Shown here: positions 39,092 to 48,181 of the stretch, piece by piece
Numbering within the stretch: the stretch's first letter is position 1
Layout of the letters: the number at the start of each line of letters is the position of its first letter
Made by a program: the position numbers and the translations under genes
NCBI GenBank assembly: GCA_017504405.1
Contig: JAFVRG010000021.1
Location: forward strand, 89,929-153,928
DNA from: Clostridia bacterium
GTDB lineage: Bacteria > Bacillota > Clostridia > Oscillospirales > CAG-272
Direction of reading: 5' to 3'
DNA: 64,000 nucleotides
The notes under the pieces: generated by a model
Told to the model about the DNA's origin: nothing
The model's database searches: none
Seen by the model: the letters and a program-made list of their open reading frames with translations, nothing else

Positions 39092-41215
39092 ATGGATATG
39101 AATTCACCGATAACCGCAATTTCGGGTATTGGCGAGGTAAAGGCAAAACATTTTGCCAAGCTCGGCATTTATACTGTACGTGACCTCCTCTATCATATAC
39201 CGAGGGGGTATCAGCACAGGGGCAGGGTTATAGAGCTTGACGAATCCGAGCCGAGTGTTACCTCCCCATTTGTTCTGACCGTGTGCTCGACACCGAAAAC
39301 AGCACGGCTGAGAAGAAATATGAGCGTGACGAAATTCCGTGCGTTTGACGATAGCGGAGAGGCTGAAATAACCTTCTTCAATCAAAACTATCTTGAACGG
39401 ATTTTCACCGTCGGCTCTGCCTTTCGTTTTTTTGGAAAAGCGGAGAAAAAGGGCAAAAGATACGCCATTTCATCGCCCGAATACGAGGTTATCACCGAGG
39501 GAAAGCCCCTGCCTGACTTCGTATCGGTATACCCGCTGACACGGGGACTTAATGAGAAGGCGATTTCAAAGGCGGCGGCTGAGGCTCTGTCGGCAATTCT
39601 GCCGACACTCGTTGACCCTATGCCGCAGTCAATCCTTGAAAAAAACATGCTCTGCACGAGGCAATATGCTCTGTCGAGGGTGCATTTTCCAACCGACAAC
39701 ACGTCGCTGACGGCGGCTCTGCGCCGCCTGTGCTTTGACGAGATGTTTACCTTTGCCCTCGCTCTGTCGATAAGCAAGAAAAAAATGACAGAGAGATATG
39801 CTCCGTCGATGAGCAACACCGACATAACACCCTTTTTAGCTCAGCTTCCGTACACTCTTACGGGGGCGCAGAAGCGCTGCTGTGATGAAATTATCGGTGA
39901 TATGAGCGGTGACGGCTCTATGCGTGTGCAGATGAACCGAATTTTATCGGGAGACGTCGGTAGCGGAAAGACTGTATGCGCTGCCGCCGCCATCTACGTA
40001 GCGGTTAAAAACGGCTATCAGGCGGCAATGATGGTGCCGACTGAGATACTCGCACGCCAGCATTTTGAGGATATAACGGGGATGCTGTCCCCGTTTGGCG
40101 TGAAAACTGCATTGCTCCTCGGCTCTACCTCACAGAAGGAAAAGCGCCTCGTTTATCAAGGCGCACTTGACGGAAGCATTGACTTGATTATAGGAACACA
40201 CGCCGTCATTTCGGACAAGCTCGAATTTGAGAGCCTCGCTCTCACCGTCACCGACGAGCAGCACCGCTTTGGTGTTATGCAAAGGGCGACGATAAAGAAT
40301 AAAGGTATTCATTCTCACACGCTGGTAATGAGTGCTACTCCCATTCCCCGAACACTTGCGCTGTCTATTTACGGCGATTTATCAATGTCAAGGATAGATG
40401 AGATGCCTAAGGGACGGCAGAGAGTTGATACCTTTGCCGTTGACGAGGGCTACCGAGAGCGGATAAACACGTTCATAAGAAAACAGGTTGATGCGGGCGG
40501 TCAGGTGTATATCGTCTGCCCTGCAATTGAGGAAGCCGAGGGGGCTGATGAGGGCGAAATTTCCCTCGACTCTCTCGATATACTTGAATCTGCTGAAATG
40601 CGCTCCTTTGCCCCCCTTAAAACAGCAACAGAGTATGCAAGGGAGCTTGCGGAAAAGACATTCCCCGACTACAAAATTGCCCTGCTCCACGGAAAAATGA
40701 AGCCAAGCGAAAAGGACGCTGTTATGAGCGCCTTTGCTGACGGTGACATTGATATTCTCGTATCGACAACCGTAATAGAGGTTGGAGTAAACGTACCCAA
40801 TGCAAACCTGATGATTGTAGAAAATGCCGAGCGCTTCGGACTCTCCCAGCTACACCAGCTGAGAGGACGTGTTGGCAGAGGACAACGAAAATCCTATTGC
40901 GTGCTTTTTTCCGATGCTACCTCTCTCACGGCGAGGGCAAGGCTCAATACCATGACAACCACCTACGACGGCTACGAGATTGCCGAGCAGGACCTACTCC
41001 AAAGGGGTCCGGGTGACTTTTTCTCGGGCATTTGCTCAGACCAATTCAGGCAGAGCGGCGGCTTCTCATTCCGACTGTCCGAGCTGTGTAACGACTCAAC
41101 GCTAATGGAGCGTGCGTTTTCTGCCGCAAGAGAGTGCGTTGCCAAAGGGCTGTCGGCAGAGCTTGAAGCTGAGGCACGCAGTGCCTTTGCACTTAACGAA
41201 AACACTATCTCTTAA
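39092..41215 (+). CDS. recG: ATP-dependent DNA helicase RecG
   Basis: Wedge domain plus SF2 helicase: GDVGSGKT, DEQHRFG, and the QLHQLRGRVGRG motif VI. Confidence 0.9.
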   Translation: MDMNSPITAISGIGEVKAKHFAKLGIYTVRDLLYHIPRGYQHRGRVIELDESEPSVTSPFVLTVCSTPKTARLRRNMSVTKFRAFDDSGEAEITFFNQNYLERIFTVGSAFRFFGKAEKKGKRYAISSPEYEVITEGKPLPDFVSVYPLTRGLNEKAISKAAAEALSAILPTLVDPMPQSILEKNMLCTRQYALSRVHFPTDNTSLTAALRRLCFDEMFTFALALSISKKKMTERYAPSMSNTDITPFLAQLPYTLTGAQKRCCDEIIGDMSGDGSMRVQMNRILSGDVGSGKTVCAAAAIYVAVKNGYQAAMMVPTEILARQHFEDITGMLSPFGVKTALLLGSTSQKEKRLVYQGALDGSIDLIIGTHAVISDKLEFESLALTVTDEQHRFGVMQRATIKNKGIHSHTLVMSATPIPRTLALSIYGDLSMSRIDEMPKGRQRVDTFAVDEGYRERINTFIRKQVDAGGQVYIVCPAIEEAEGADEGEISLDSLDILESAEMRSFAPLKTATEYARELAEKTFPDYKIALLHGKMKPSEKDAVMSAFADGDIDILVSTTVIEVGVNVPNANLMIVENAERFGLSQLHQLRGRVGRGQRKSYCVLFSDATSLTARARLNTMTTTYDGYEIAEQDLLQRGPGDFFSGICSDQFRQSGGFSFRLSELCNDSTLMERAFSAARECVAKGLSAELEAEARSAFALNENTIS

Positions 41216-41227
41216 TAGGAGAATTTT

Positions 41228-42460
41228 ATGACTAATCAACCACTTGCAGACAAAATGCGCCCGCAGAGCTTCGACCAGATGGTAGGTCAGAAGCATCTGG
41301 TGGGCGAAAACGGAATTATCCGCCGTGCAATCAATGCGGGGCGCATAAGCAATATGATTTTCAGCGGTCCTCCCGGCACGGGAAAAACGACTGCCGCAAA
41401 TATTATCGCAAAGCACTCGGATATGCAGCTTTACAAGCTCAATGCAACGACGGCGTCGCTCTCCGACGTCAAGGAAATAGTTGCACAGACCTCAAACGTT
41501 TTCGGCGCAGGCGGAATACTGCTCTACCTCGATGAGATACAGTATTTTAACAAAAAGCAACAGCAGTCTCTGCTCGAATATATTGAGGACGGCAGAGTTA
41601 CGCTGATTGCATCAACTACGGAAAATCCGTATTTTTGCGTATATAATGCTATTATTTCCCGTTCTGCCGTATATGAATTCAAGCCCGTTTCCCCCGAGGA
41701 AATCAAAAAAGCGGTTTTGCGTGGGCTTGACATATTAAATGCCGAAAGAGGAACCGACATAAAAATAAGCGACGGCGCCGCTATGAAGATTTCCTCAATC
41801 GGCGGCGGTGACGTGCGTAAATCAATTGGACTTTTGGAAAACGCCTACTACGTTGCCCAAAACGAGATTGACGAGGACACGGTAAATGAGCTGTCGCCCT
41901 CGATGACGGGTGCATTCGACACTGACGGGGACGTACATTATAATCTGCTCTCTGCTCTGCAAAAGTCAATAAGAGGCTCAGACCCCGATGCGGCGGTATT
42001 TTACCTCGCAAAGCTTTTGGCGGGGGGAGATATTCTGTCGGTTTGCAGAAGGCTGCAGGTTATTGCGAGCGAGGATATAGGGCTTGCATACCCAATGGCG
42101 GCGGCGATTGTACACGCCTGCACGCAGAGCGCGCGTGAGCTCGGTCTTCCCGAGGCGGCAATTCCTCTGGCTAACGCAGCCGTTCTGCTCGCTACCTCAC
42201 CTAAATCCAACTCTGCGTACAGCGCATATCACAGGGCGATGAGCGACATTGAAAACGGATACGGAAACGATATACCTCTGCATCTGCAATCACCGCTTTT
42301 CAAGGGATATAAATATCCTCACGATTACCCGAAGCATTACGTAAAGCAAAGCTATTTGCCAAGCGACCTTGCCGACAGAAAATACTATGAGTTTGGCGAC
42401 AACAAAAACGAGCAGGCGGCAAAGGCATATTTCGATGTGATTAAGGCAAATATTAAATAA
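41228..42460 (+). CDS. rarA: replication-associated recombination protein A (MgsA/RarA AAA+ ATPase)
   Basis: LADKMRPQSFDQMVGQKHL, GPPGTGKTT, LYLDEIQYFNK, and the C-terminal HYNLLSALQKSIRGSD motif. Confidence 0.9.
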   Translation: MTNQPLADKMRPQSFDQMVGQKHLVGENGIIRRAINAGRISNMIFSGPPGTGKTTAANIIAKHSDMQLYKLNATTASLSDVKEIVAQTSNVFGAGGILLYLDEIQYFNKKQQQSLLEYIEDGRVTLIASTTENPYFCVYNAIISRSAVYEFKPVSPEEIKKAVLRGLDILNAERGTDIKISDGAAMKISSIGGGDVRKSIGLLENAYYVAQNEIDEDTVNELSPSMTGAFDTDGDVHYNLLSALQKSIRGSDPDAAVFYLAKLLAGGDILSVCRRLQVIASEDIGLAYPMAAAIVHACTQSARELGLPEAAIPLANAAVLLATSPKSNSAYSAYHRAMSDIENGYGNDIPLHLQSPLFKGYKYPHDYPKHYVKQSYLPSDLADRKYYEFGDNKNEQAAKAYFDVIKANIK

Positions 42461-42465
42461 TTTTA

Positions 42466-42507
42466 CCGTCACGGCGCAGTTTAACTGATACCGTGACGGA
42501 TTTTTTT
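42466..42507 (+). terminator. intrinsic terminator of rarA
   Basis: CCGTCACGG-16 nt-CCGTGACGG followed by T7. Confidence 0.65.
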
Positions 42508-42598
42508 ATCTTTCAGGGGCAGATTCAGGCGAATATATTGACTTTTTGTGAACTGTATGCTAGAATTGTAGTATCTTGTTTTTTTAAGGTGATAAAAA

Positions 42599-43555
42599 AT
42601 GAAGCATCATTTTGTCATAAACCCTGCCGCAGGCAAGGGAAAGAAAATAGACGCACTCCAAAACGAAATAAACGAAATCTGTATCGAACGGGAGCTGGAT
42701 TTTGAAATCTACCGCACGACAGAGCCATGTGATGCAACCAGATACGTGAAAAGCTGTATCGGGGCTGACAGCTCAATGCACCGTTTCTACGCCTGCGGAG
42801 GCGACGGCACGTTCAACGAGGTTGTGAACGGCGCTTGCCTCGCCGACAATGCAGAGGTTGCACTCATTCCTATCGGCACGGGAAACGATTTCTGGCGCAA
42901 CTTTACCAACGGCGATGGCTTTACCGACATTCAAAAGCAGATAGACGGAGAGAGCGTCAAGATAGATGCTATTGCATATAACGACAGGTATTGCGCAAAC
43001 ATACTCAACATTGGATTTGACTGCGACGTGGTCAAGCAAACCACAAAATTCAAAAGGCGCTCGTGGGTGCCTTCAAAAATTGCATACGTATTGGGCGTTG
43101 TTGTTTGCCTTTTTAGAAAATTCGGCAAAAAGGTGCGTATTGTTCTCGACAACGGAGATACGGTTGAACGCCCAATACTGCTCGCCGCCTGCGCAAACGG
43201 ACAGTATTACGGCGGTGGCTACAATGCCGCACCGATAGCCGCACTCAACGACGGTCTTCTGGACCTCTGTGTGGTTGAAAAGGTTTCAAGATTTAAGTTT
43301 TTATCCCTGGTGTCTAAATACAAGGCGGGAAAGCACCTTGAAATAAAAAACGCAGACAAGATAATTACATATACAGAGCAAAAGCATATTAAGTGTTTCT
43401 TTGACGAGGAAACCGACTTTTGTGTTGACGGAGAGATAATCCGAGGAAAGATGCTCGATATAAGCATAGTCAAAAATGCGCTGAAATTTTGTCTCCCTGT
43501 TGGCTCAAAAATAATCGAAAAAGCAGATAGAAGGAGCGAGGCTGTACCTGTATGA
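42599..43555 (+). CDS. diacylglycerol kinase family lipid kinase (YegS/DagK-like)
   Basis: HHFVINPAAGKGK... and the GGDGTFNEVVNG catalytic motif. 318 aa. Confidence 0.85.
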   Translation: MKHHFVINPAAGKGKKIDALQNEINEICIERELDFEIYRTTEPCDATRYVKSCIGADSSMHRFYACGGDGTFNEVVNGACLADNAEVALIPIGTGNDFWRNFTNGDGFTDIQKQIDGESVKIDAIAYNDRYCANILNIGFDCDVVKQTTKFKRRSWVPSKIAYVLGVVVCLFRKFGKKVRIVLDNGDTVERPILLAACANGQYYGGGYNAAPIAALNDGLLDLCVVEKVSRFKFLSLVSKYKAGKHLEIKNADKIITYTEQKHIKCFFDEETDFCVDGEIIRGKMLDISIVKNALKFCLPVGSKIIEKADRRSEAVPV

Positions 43556-45723
43556 CCGAAACGAGCTTTCTAAAAAACAGACCGCTCGCCACAGTTCTTC
43601 TCTTTTTTATAACCGGAAGCCTTGTTGCTATTAATCTTAGCGGAACAGTTAAGCTGTGCTTATCTGTTTCGCTTTTTGTTTTTGCTTTCGTTCTTACAGT
43701 TTTGCTTGCTTTTCTGCGAAAAAGGTCGGTTATAGCCGTCCTTTGCCTCATTGCGCTGTCCCTGCCCCTCGCACTCTCTTACAAAAGAGTTGATGAAATC
43801 GAAAATTCGCTGCCAACCGAGAGCGTGGAAATTGAGGGCAACGTAACCGAGCTGATAAGCAAGGGCGAGCGCTTCACCTCTGTCGGCATTTACGCTACTG
43901 TTGACGGCAGGGATATGAAGATAGCGGCATCGCGGTTTTCTCTAATTGACGTTGAAATAGGCGATAAAATATGCTTTTTGGGTGAGATAAAGCCGTTTTC
44001 CGAGGAAGAAGGCGGTTTTAACGAAAGAAGCTACTACTTTTCAAAGGGTTATACGGCGAAGGCGGATATACCAAAGGAATTTTCAGTAACTGAGGGTGTG
44101 GCATCGGGACTGATTTACAGATTTTCCGAGCTGAGAGAATACTTATGTAGCCGAATACGGTCAAACGTCGGCGGTGATAGCGGGGAGCTGATGTGTGCTC
44201 TGCTCCTCGGAGATCTATCGGGACTGGGCGGTAACGTATCCCTCTCCTTTCGCCGAATAGGAATTTCGCATATGATAGCGATAAGCGGTATGCATATGTC
44301 AATCCTCTGTGCCCTTTTTGCTCTTTTCCTATACAGAATATGCAAGAACCGTTACGTTACAACGGCAATACTGATTGTCTTCATTGTCTTCTATTCATTG
44401 CTGACAGGCTTGGGCGGCTCGGTTATGAGGTCGGGAATTATGTATATAATTTTTCTTCTCTCATTTACCGTCGGCAAGAGGTTTGATTCCCCCACCGCAC
44501 TGATGCTGTCCGTTGCTCTGCTTTTCCTTGTTGACCCGGCATCGGTATACAGTGCAGGTCTTCTTTTGTCCTTTCTCGCAACACTCGGAATACTGTTTGT
44601 GCTGGAGATTTACAGAAAAAGAGGTAAATCGACTCCTACAAGCCGCTTTGCATTTTCGGTTATCTGCACTCTCGGTGCTCTGGCGGGTACTGCGGCTGTC
44701 AGCGCATTTTTATTCGGAACATTTTCAACCGTGGTGCTGCTCTCAAACCTGCTCTTTGCCCTGCCAATGCAGATTTATCTTTATATGTCAATACTCGCTA
44801 TATTGCCGCTCCCAAGCCTGATATGCGCTCTGTTTGAACGGACAGGCTCGCTGATAATTCGGGCAACCGAGGCAATGTCGCATGGCGAATATACCTACAT
44901 CAGCATGAGCTTTGCCCCGATAAAAGCGATTCTCGTTGTTTTTACGGCTACAGTTTTTCTCTTTCTGCTTATACCTGTTAAGAAAAGGCATACGGCAGCT
45001 CTCTTTTCCATAACACTATGCTTCACACTTATATGCCACACCGCAATATTTTCCGAGAGGTATAAAGAAACCCGACTGTACACCTTCGACACCGAAAGCG
45101 CCTCGTTCTGCGTGATAGAAAACGGCGATAGCTCTACTCTTATCGACCTGACGTCAGCGAGGACCTCAAACGGGTACGGAATTTCCTCGTCGCTCTATTC
45201 CTCGGGCTTTACCGATATAGACAGTATGGTTATTTCGGAGTACGGGGAAGCAACAGAAAAGAGGCTCGACACTCTGTTCTCGGATATTAAGGTTTATTCG
45301 GTTTATCTGCCTCTGCCAGACAGAAACGGTGTTGAAATACTCGACAAAATTTCTGCGGTATGTGAAAGACACGGAGTTGAGATGAACCTATACGGCGGGG
45401 AATTTGCGCTAAACGGCACGGGCGTGAGAATTACTCCGCACATAAAAGGCAAAAGCTTTAAAGCATCTTCGTTTATGCTCGCCGTAAATGATACAAAAAT
45501 TCTCTTTACCCCCTACGGTGATATAAGCGATGAATTTCTATCTGAGGCGGACGTTTTACTCCTTTCAAGGCTGTACGAAACAAACGGAATATGTCATATT
45601 AACGCATTGCCGCAAAGTATACGCACAGTCATTTATCCCAACCGTTACGAGCACGTTATTATTTCCGAGGAAAACAGGAATAAGGAATTTTTCGTCGGCT
45701 CCGCTGTGCTGGGATTGGGATAA
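43552..45723 (+). CDS. comEC: ComEC/Rec2 family DNA internalisation-related membrane protein
   Basis: 723 aa. N-terminal OB/DUF4131-like region, a polytopic competence domain (…ISHMIAISGMHMSIL…) and a C-terminal MBL-like region that lacks the metal motifs (see findings). Confidence 0.8.
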   Translation: MTETSFLKNRPLATVLLFFITGSLVAINLSGTVKLCLSVSLFVFAFVLTVLLAFLRKRSVIAVLCLIALSLPLALSYKRVDEIENSLPTESVEIEGNVTELISKGERFTSVGIYATVDGRDMKIAASRFSLIDVEIGDKICFLGEIKPFSEEEGGFNERSYYFSKGYTAKADIPKEFSVTEGVASGLIYRFSELREYLCSRIRSNVGGDSGELMCALLLGDLSGLGGNVSLSFRRIGISHMIAISGMHMSILCALFALFLYRICKNRYVTTAILIVFIVFYSLLTGLGGSVMRSGIMYIIFLLSFTVGKRFDSPTALMLSVALLFLVDPASVYSAGLLLSFLATLGILFVLEIYRKRGKSTPTSRFAFSVICTLGALAGTAAVSAFLFGTFSTVVLLSNLLFALPMQIYLYMSILAILPLPSLICALFERTGSLIIRATEAMSHGEYTYISMSFAPIKAILVVFTATVFLFLLIPVKKRHTAALFSITLCFTLICHTAIFSERYKETRLYTFDTESASFCVIENGDSSTLIDLTSARTSNGYGISSSLYSSGFTDIDSMVISEYGEATEKRLDTLFSDIKVYSVYLPLPDRNGVEILDKISAVCERHGVEMNLYGGEFALNGTGVRITPHIKGKSFKASSFMLAVNDTKILFTPYGDISDEFLSEADVLLLSRLYETNGICHINALPQSIRTVIYPNRYEHVIISEENRNKEFFVGSAVLGLG

Positions 45724-45747
45724 CTGCACAAAATCACATATAGGCAT

Positions 45748-45786
45748 AAAAACCGCACAATCCCTTAAAGATTGTGCGGTTTTTTA
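45748..45786. terminator. bidirectional terminator (comEC / ychF)
   Basis: AAAAACCGCACAATC-ccttaaa-GATTGTGCGGTTTTTT. Confidence 0.7.
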
Positions 45787-45799
45787 CATTTTACATGTT

Positions 45800-46894
45800 T
45801 TATACGTTAAATCTGAAAAGAACTACGTCGCCGTCAGCGATAACGTATTCCTTGCCCTCACTGCGGAGAAGTCCCTTTTCCTTGACGTTATTCATATTGC
45901 CCTCACGGACAAGGTCGTCAAAGGCTACGATTTCTGCACGGATAAAGCCACGCTCAAAATCGCTGTGTATTTTGCCTGCCGCCTGCGGCGCCTTCGTGCC
46001 CTTGGTTATCGTCCACGCCCTGACCTCTTTGGGTCCTGCGGTAAGGTAGCTTATCAGACCGAGAAGCGAATAGCTCGCCTGTATCAGCTTATCAAGTCCG
46101 CTCTGCTCGATTCCGAGGTCGGAAAGAAACGCCGATTTCTCCTCGCCCTCGAGTGATGAGAGCTCTGCCTCTATCTGCGCGCATACGGCAATTATTCCTG
46201 CGCCCTCGGAGTCGGCATACTGTTTTAGGGCAATGTAGTTTTCATTGCTCTCATACTCGCCTGTAACCTCATCCTCGGCAATATTTGCAACGTAAATAAT
46301 CGGTTTTAGCGAGAGAAGACGTGCCTCTGCGATAAGCTCACGCTCCTCCTCTGTCAGCCCCACGCTCCTTGCACTCTTTCCGTCCGAAAGAGCCGCATAT
46401 ATGCGCTCCAGAACGTCGAGCTCTGCCAAGAGAGATTTATCTGTTCTCGCATTCTTTCTCGTGCGGTCGAGTCGCTTTTCAACAATTTCAAGGTCCGAAA
46501 ATACCAACTCAAGATTTATAGTTTCCACGTCACGCAAGGAATTAATTTCGCCGTCAACGTGAATAATATTATCATCGGTAAAGCAACGGACGACGTGAAC
46601 TATTGCGTCGACCTCACGTATGTGAGAGAGAAATTTATTTCCGAGTCCCTCACCCTTCGATGCTCCACGAACGAGTCCTGCAATATCAACAAACTCAATC
46701 ACGGCGGGAGTGTATTTTTCGGGGTTATACATCTCTGCCAGCACGTCAAGACGGGCGTCGGGAACAGAAACTATTCCAACGTTAGGGTCTATTGTGCAGA
46801 ACGGATAATTTGCAGATTGCGCCCCTGCATTAGTCAGCGCATTAAACAGCGTGCTCTTGCCTACGTTAGGCAATCCAACGATACCAAGCTTCAT
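45800..46894 (-). CDS. ychF: redox-regulated ATPase YchF
   Basis: [21 protein letters not shown]..., and the C-terminal TGS/YchF domain ...[21 protein letters not shown]. Confidence 0.95.
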   Translation of the reverse strand: MKLGIVGLPNVGKSTLFNALTNAGAQSANYPFCTIDPNVGIVSVPDARLDVLAEMYNPEKYTPAVIEFVDIAGLVRGASKGEGLGNKFLSHIREVDAIVHVVRCFTDDNIIHVDGEINSLRDVETINLELVFSDLEIVEKRLDRTRKNARTDKSLLAELDVLERIYAALSDGKSARSVGLTEEERELIAEARLLSLKPIIYVANIAEDEVTGEYESNENYIALKQYADSEGAGIIAVCAQIEAELSSLEGEEKSAFLSDLGIEQSGLDKLIQASYSLLGLISYLTAGPKEVRAWTITKGTKAPQAAGKIHSDFERGFIRAEIVAFDDLVREGNMNNVKEKGLLRSEGKEYVIADGDVVLFRFNV

Positions 46895-47025
46895 TATTTT
46901 ACATCCTTAGAATTTTATTACCAAAATAGTATAGCACAATTTTTTTGACAAGTCCATACTTTTTTGCTATTTAAATCAAAATTTGATTTATTTTGTAAAT
47001 TTTTTAGTTTAATCTGTTCTCTTGC

Positions 47026-47054
47026 TTGACAAACCGCTCGGAAAGTGATATAAT
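47026..47054 (+). promoter_or_regulatory. sigma-A-type promoter of the response-regulator gene
   Basis: TTGACA (47026-47031), 17-nt spacer, TATAAT (47049-47054). Confidence 0.6.
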
Positions 47055-47098
47055 GAACTTGGTGAAGAATTTAACAAAATTCATAAAGGAGGTTAACT

Positions 47099-47791
47099 AT
47101 GGATAAGTCACTTTTAATAATAGACGACGATGTACGTATCTGCGAAATGCTTCAGCTTTATTTTGAAAGCGAGGGTTACAGGGTAAGAACCGCAAACGAC
47201 GGTGTTGAGGGAATTTCCTACTTTAAAGCCTATGAGCCCGACCTTGTTCTTCTCGACCTCATGATGCCGAAGAAGGACGGCTGGCAGGTTTGCCGTGAAA
47301 TACGTGCTATTTCAGCAACCAAGCCGATAATTATGATAACCGCAAAGGGAGAGGTGTTTGACAAGGTGCTCGGTCTTGAACTCGGCGCTGACGACTTTGT
47401 GGTAAAGCCCTTTGATATGAAGGAGCTATCAGCAAGAGTTAAGGCGGTTCTGCGCCGTTGCAAGACACAGAGCAAGTCAAGCGATGACGAAATTATCAAG
47501 TTTGAGAACATTGAAATCAGCCTGCAAAAGTACGAGCTGAAAATCAGAGGCAAGGCGGTTGATATTCCTCCGAAGGAGCTTGAGCTGCTCTATTTCCTCG
47601 CTTCTAACTCAAATATCGTTTTCAAGCGTGACCAGCTGCTTGATAAGGTGTGGGGCTTTGACTATCTCGGCGATTCACGTACCGTCGACGTACACGTAAA
47701 GCGTCTGCGTGAAAAGCTCGAGGGCGTTTCCGACAAATGGTCTCTCAAAACCGTATGGGGCGTTGGCTACAAGTTTGAGCTGTTCCAATAA
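47099..47791 (+). CDS. OmpR-family response regulator (no adjacent histidine kinase)
   Basis: Receiver domain (LLIIDDD...DLVLLDLMMP...KP) plus a winged-helix trans_reg_C domain (...VDVHVKRLREKL...VWGVGYKF). Confidence 0.9.
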   Translation: MDKSLLIIDDDVRICEMLQLYFESEGYRVRTANDGVEGISYFKAYEPDLVLLDLMMPKKDGWQVCREIRAISATKPIIMITAKGEVFDKVLGLELGADDFVVKPFDMKELSARVKAVLRRCKTQSKSSDDEIIKFENIEISLQKYELKIRGKAVDIPPKELELLYFLASNSNIVFKRDQLLDKVWGFDYLGDSRTVDVHVKRLREKLEGVSDKWSLKTVWGVGYKFELFQ

Positions 47792-47797
47792 CTGATT

Positions 47798-47860
47798 GGG
47801 GCTGTCGCATTTCGGCATAACCGTAAACAAAAAGAGGGGTCTTTAAAAGAGCCCTCTTTG
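47798..47860 (+). repeat. 3'-flank module 1, copy 1 (conserved 30-mer plus terminator hairpin)
   Basis: GGGGCTGTCGCATTTCGGCATAACCGTAAACAAAAAGAGGGGTCTT-taaa-AGAGCCCTCTTT. It starts 7 nt after the response-regulator stop codon. Near-identical copies are at 56128 and 61865. Confidence 0.75.
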
Positions 47861-47884
47861 CTTATTTTTATTTGGTGTTAACGG

Positions 47885-48031
47885 ATAATAAGGATGAAAT
47901 TCTCACGAATTTCTTTGATTATATCGGTCTTTTTGTTTACTATCGCCGTTTTGAGGCTCTGCCGTACTCAGTACGCCGACGTTCCTCAAAGCGGCGATTT
48001 CTGCTCAAAATCCGTTCGCCCCGTTTCTCTT
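47885..48031. repeat. intergenic module 2, copy 1 (~147 bp)
   Basis: Aligns without gaps to 56216-56362 with 10 substitutions by my hand alignment. Contains the 15-bp stem ATCGCCGTTTTGAGG (47942-47956) / CCTCAAAGCGGCGAT (47984-47998). Confidence 0.8.
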
Positions 48032-48037
48032 ACGTAA
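47894..48037 (+). CDS. candidate small hydrophobic ORF inside module 2 (47 aa); coding status unproven
   Basis: MKFSRISLIISVFLFTIAVLRLCRTQYADVPQSGDFCSKSVRPVSLT. The same frame is open in copy 2 (56225-56413). The SD-like AAGGA abuts the ATG, which is poor spacing. Confidence 0.25.
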   Translation: MKFSRISLIISVFLFTIAVLRLCRTQYADVPQSGDFCSKSVRPVSLT

Positions 48038-48181
48038 ACACTTGTTTACCTAAAGCAAACACCCCCCTTGCGGAGAGGAAAATTCGCCTTAAATCCGCAG
48101 GGGGTCTCTGTTTTTACTTTGCAAATGTTTTCTTGTTTGCAATGAGTCTTACTTTACGAGTGTTTTTATTTCAGAATCAAA

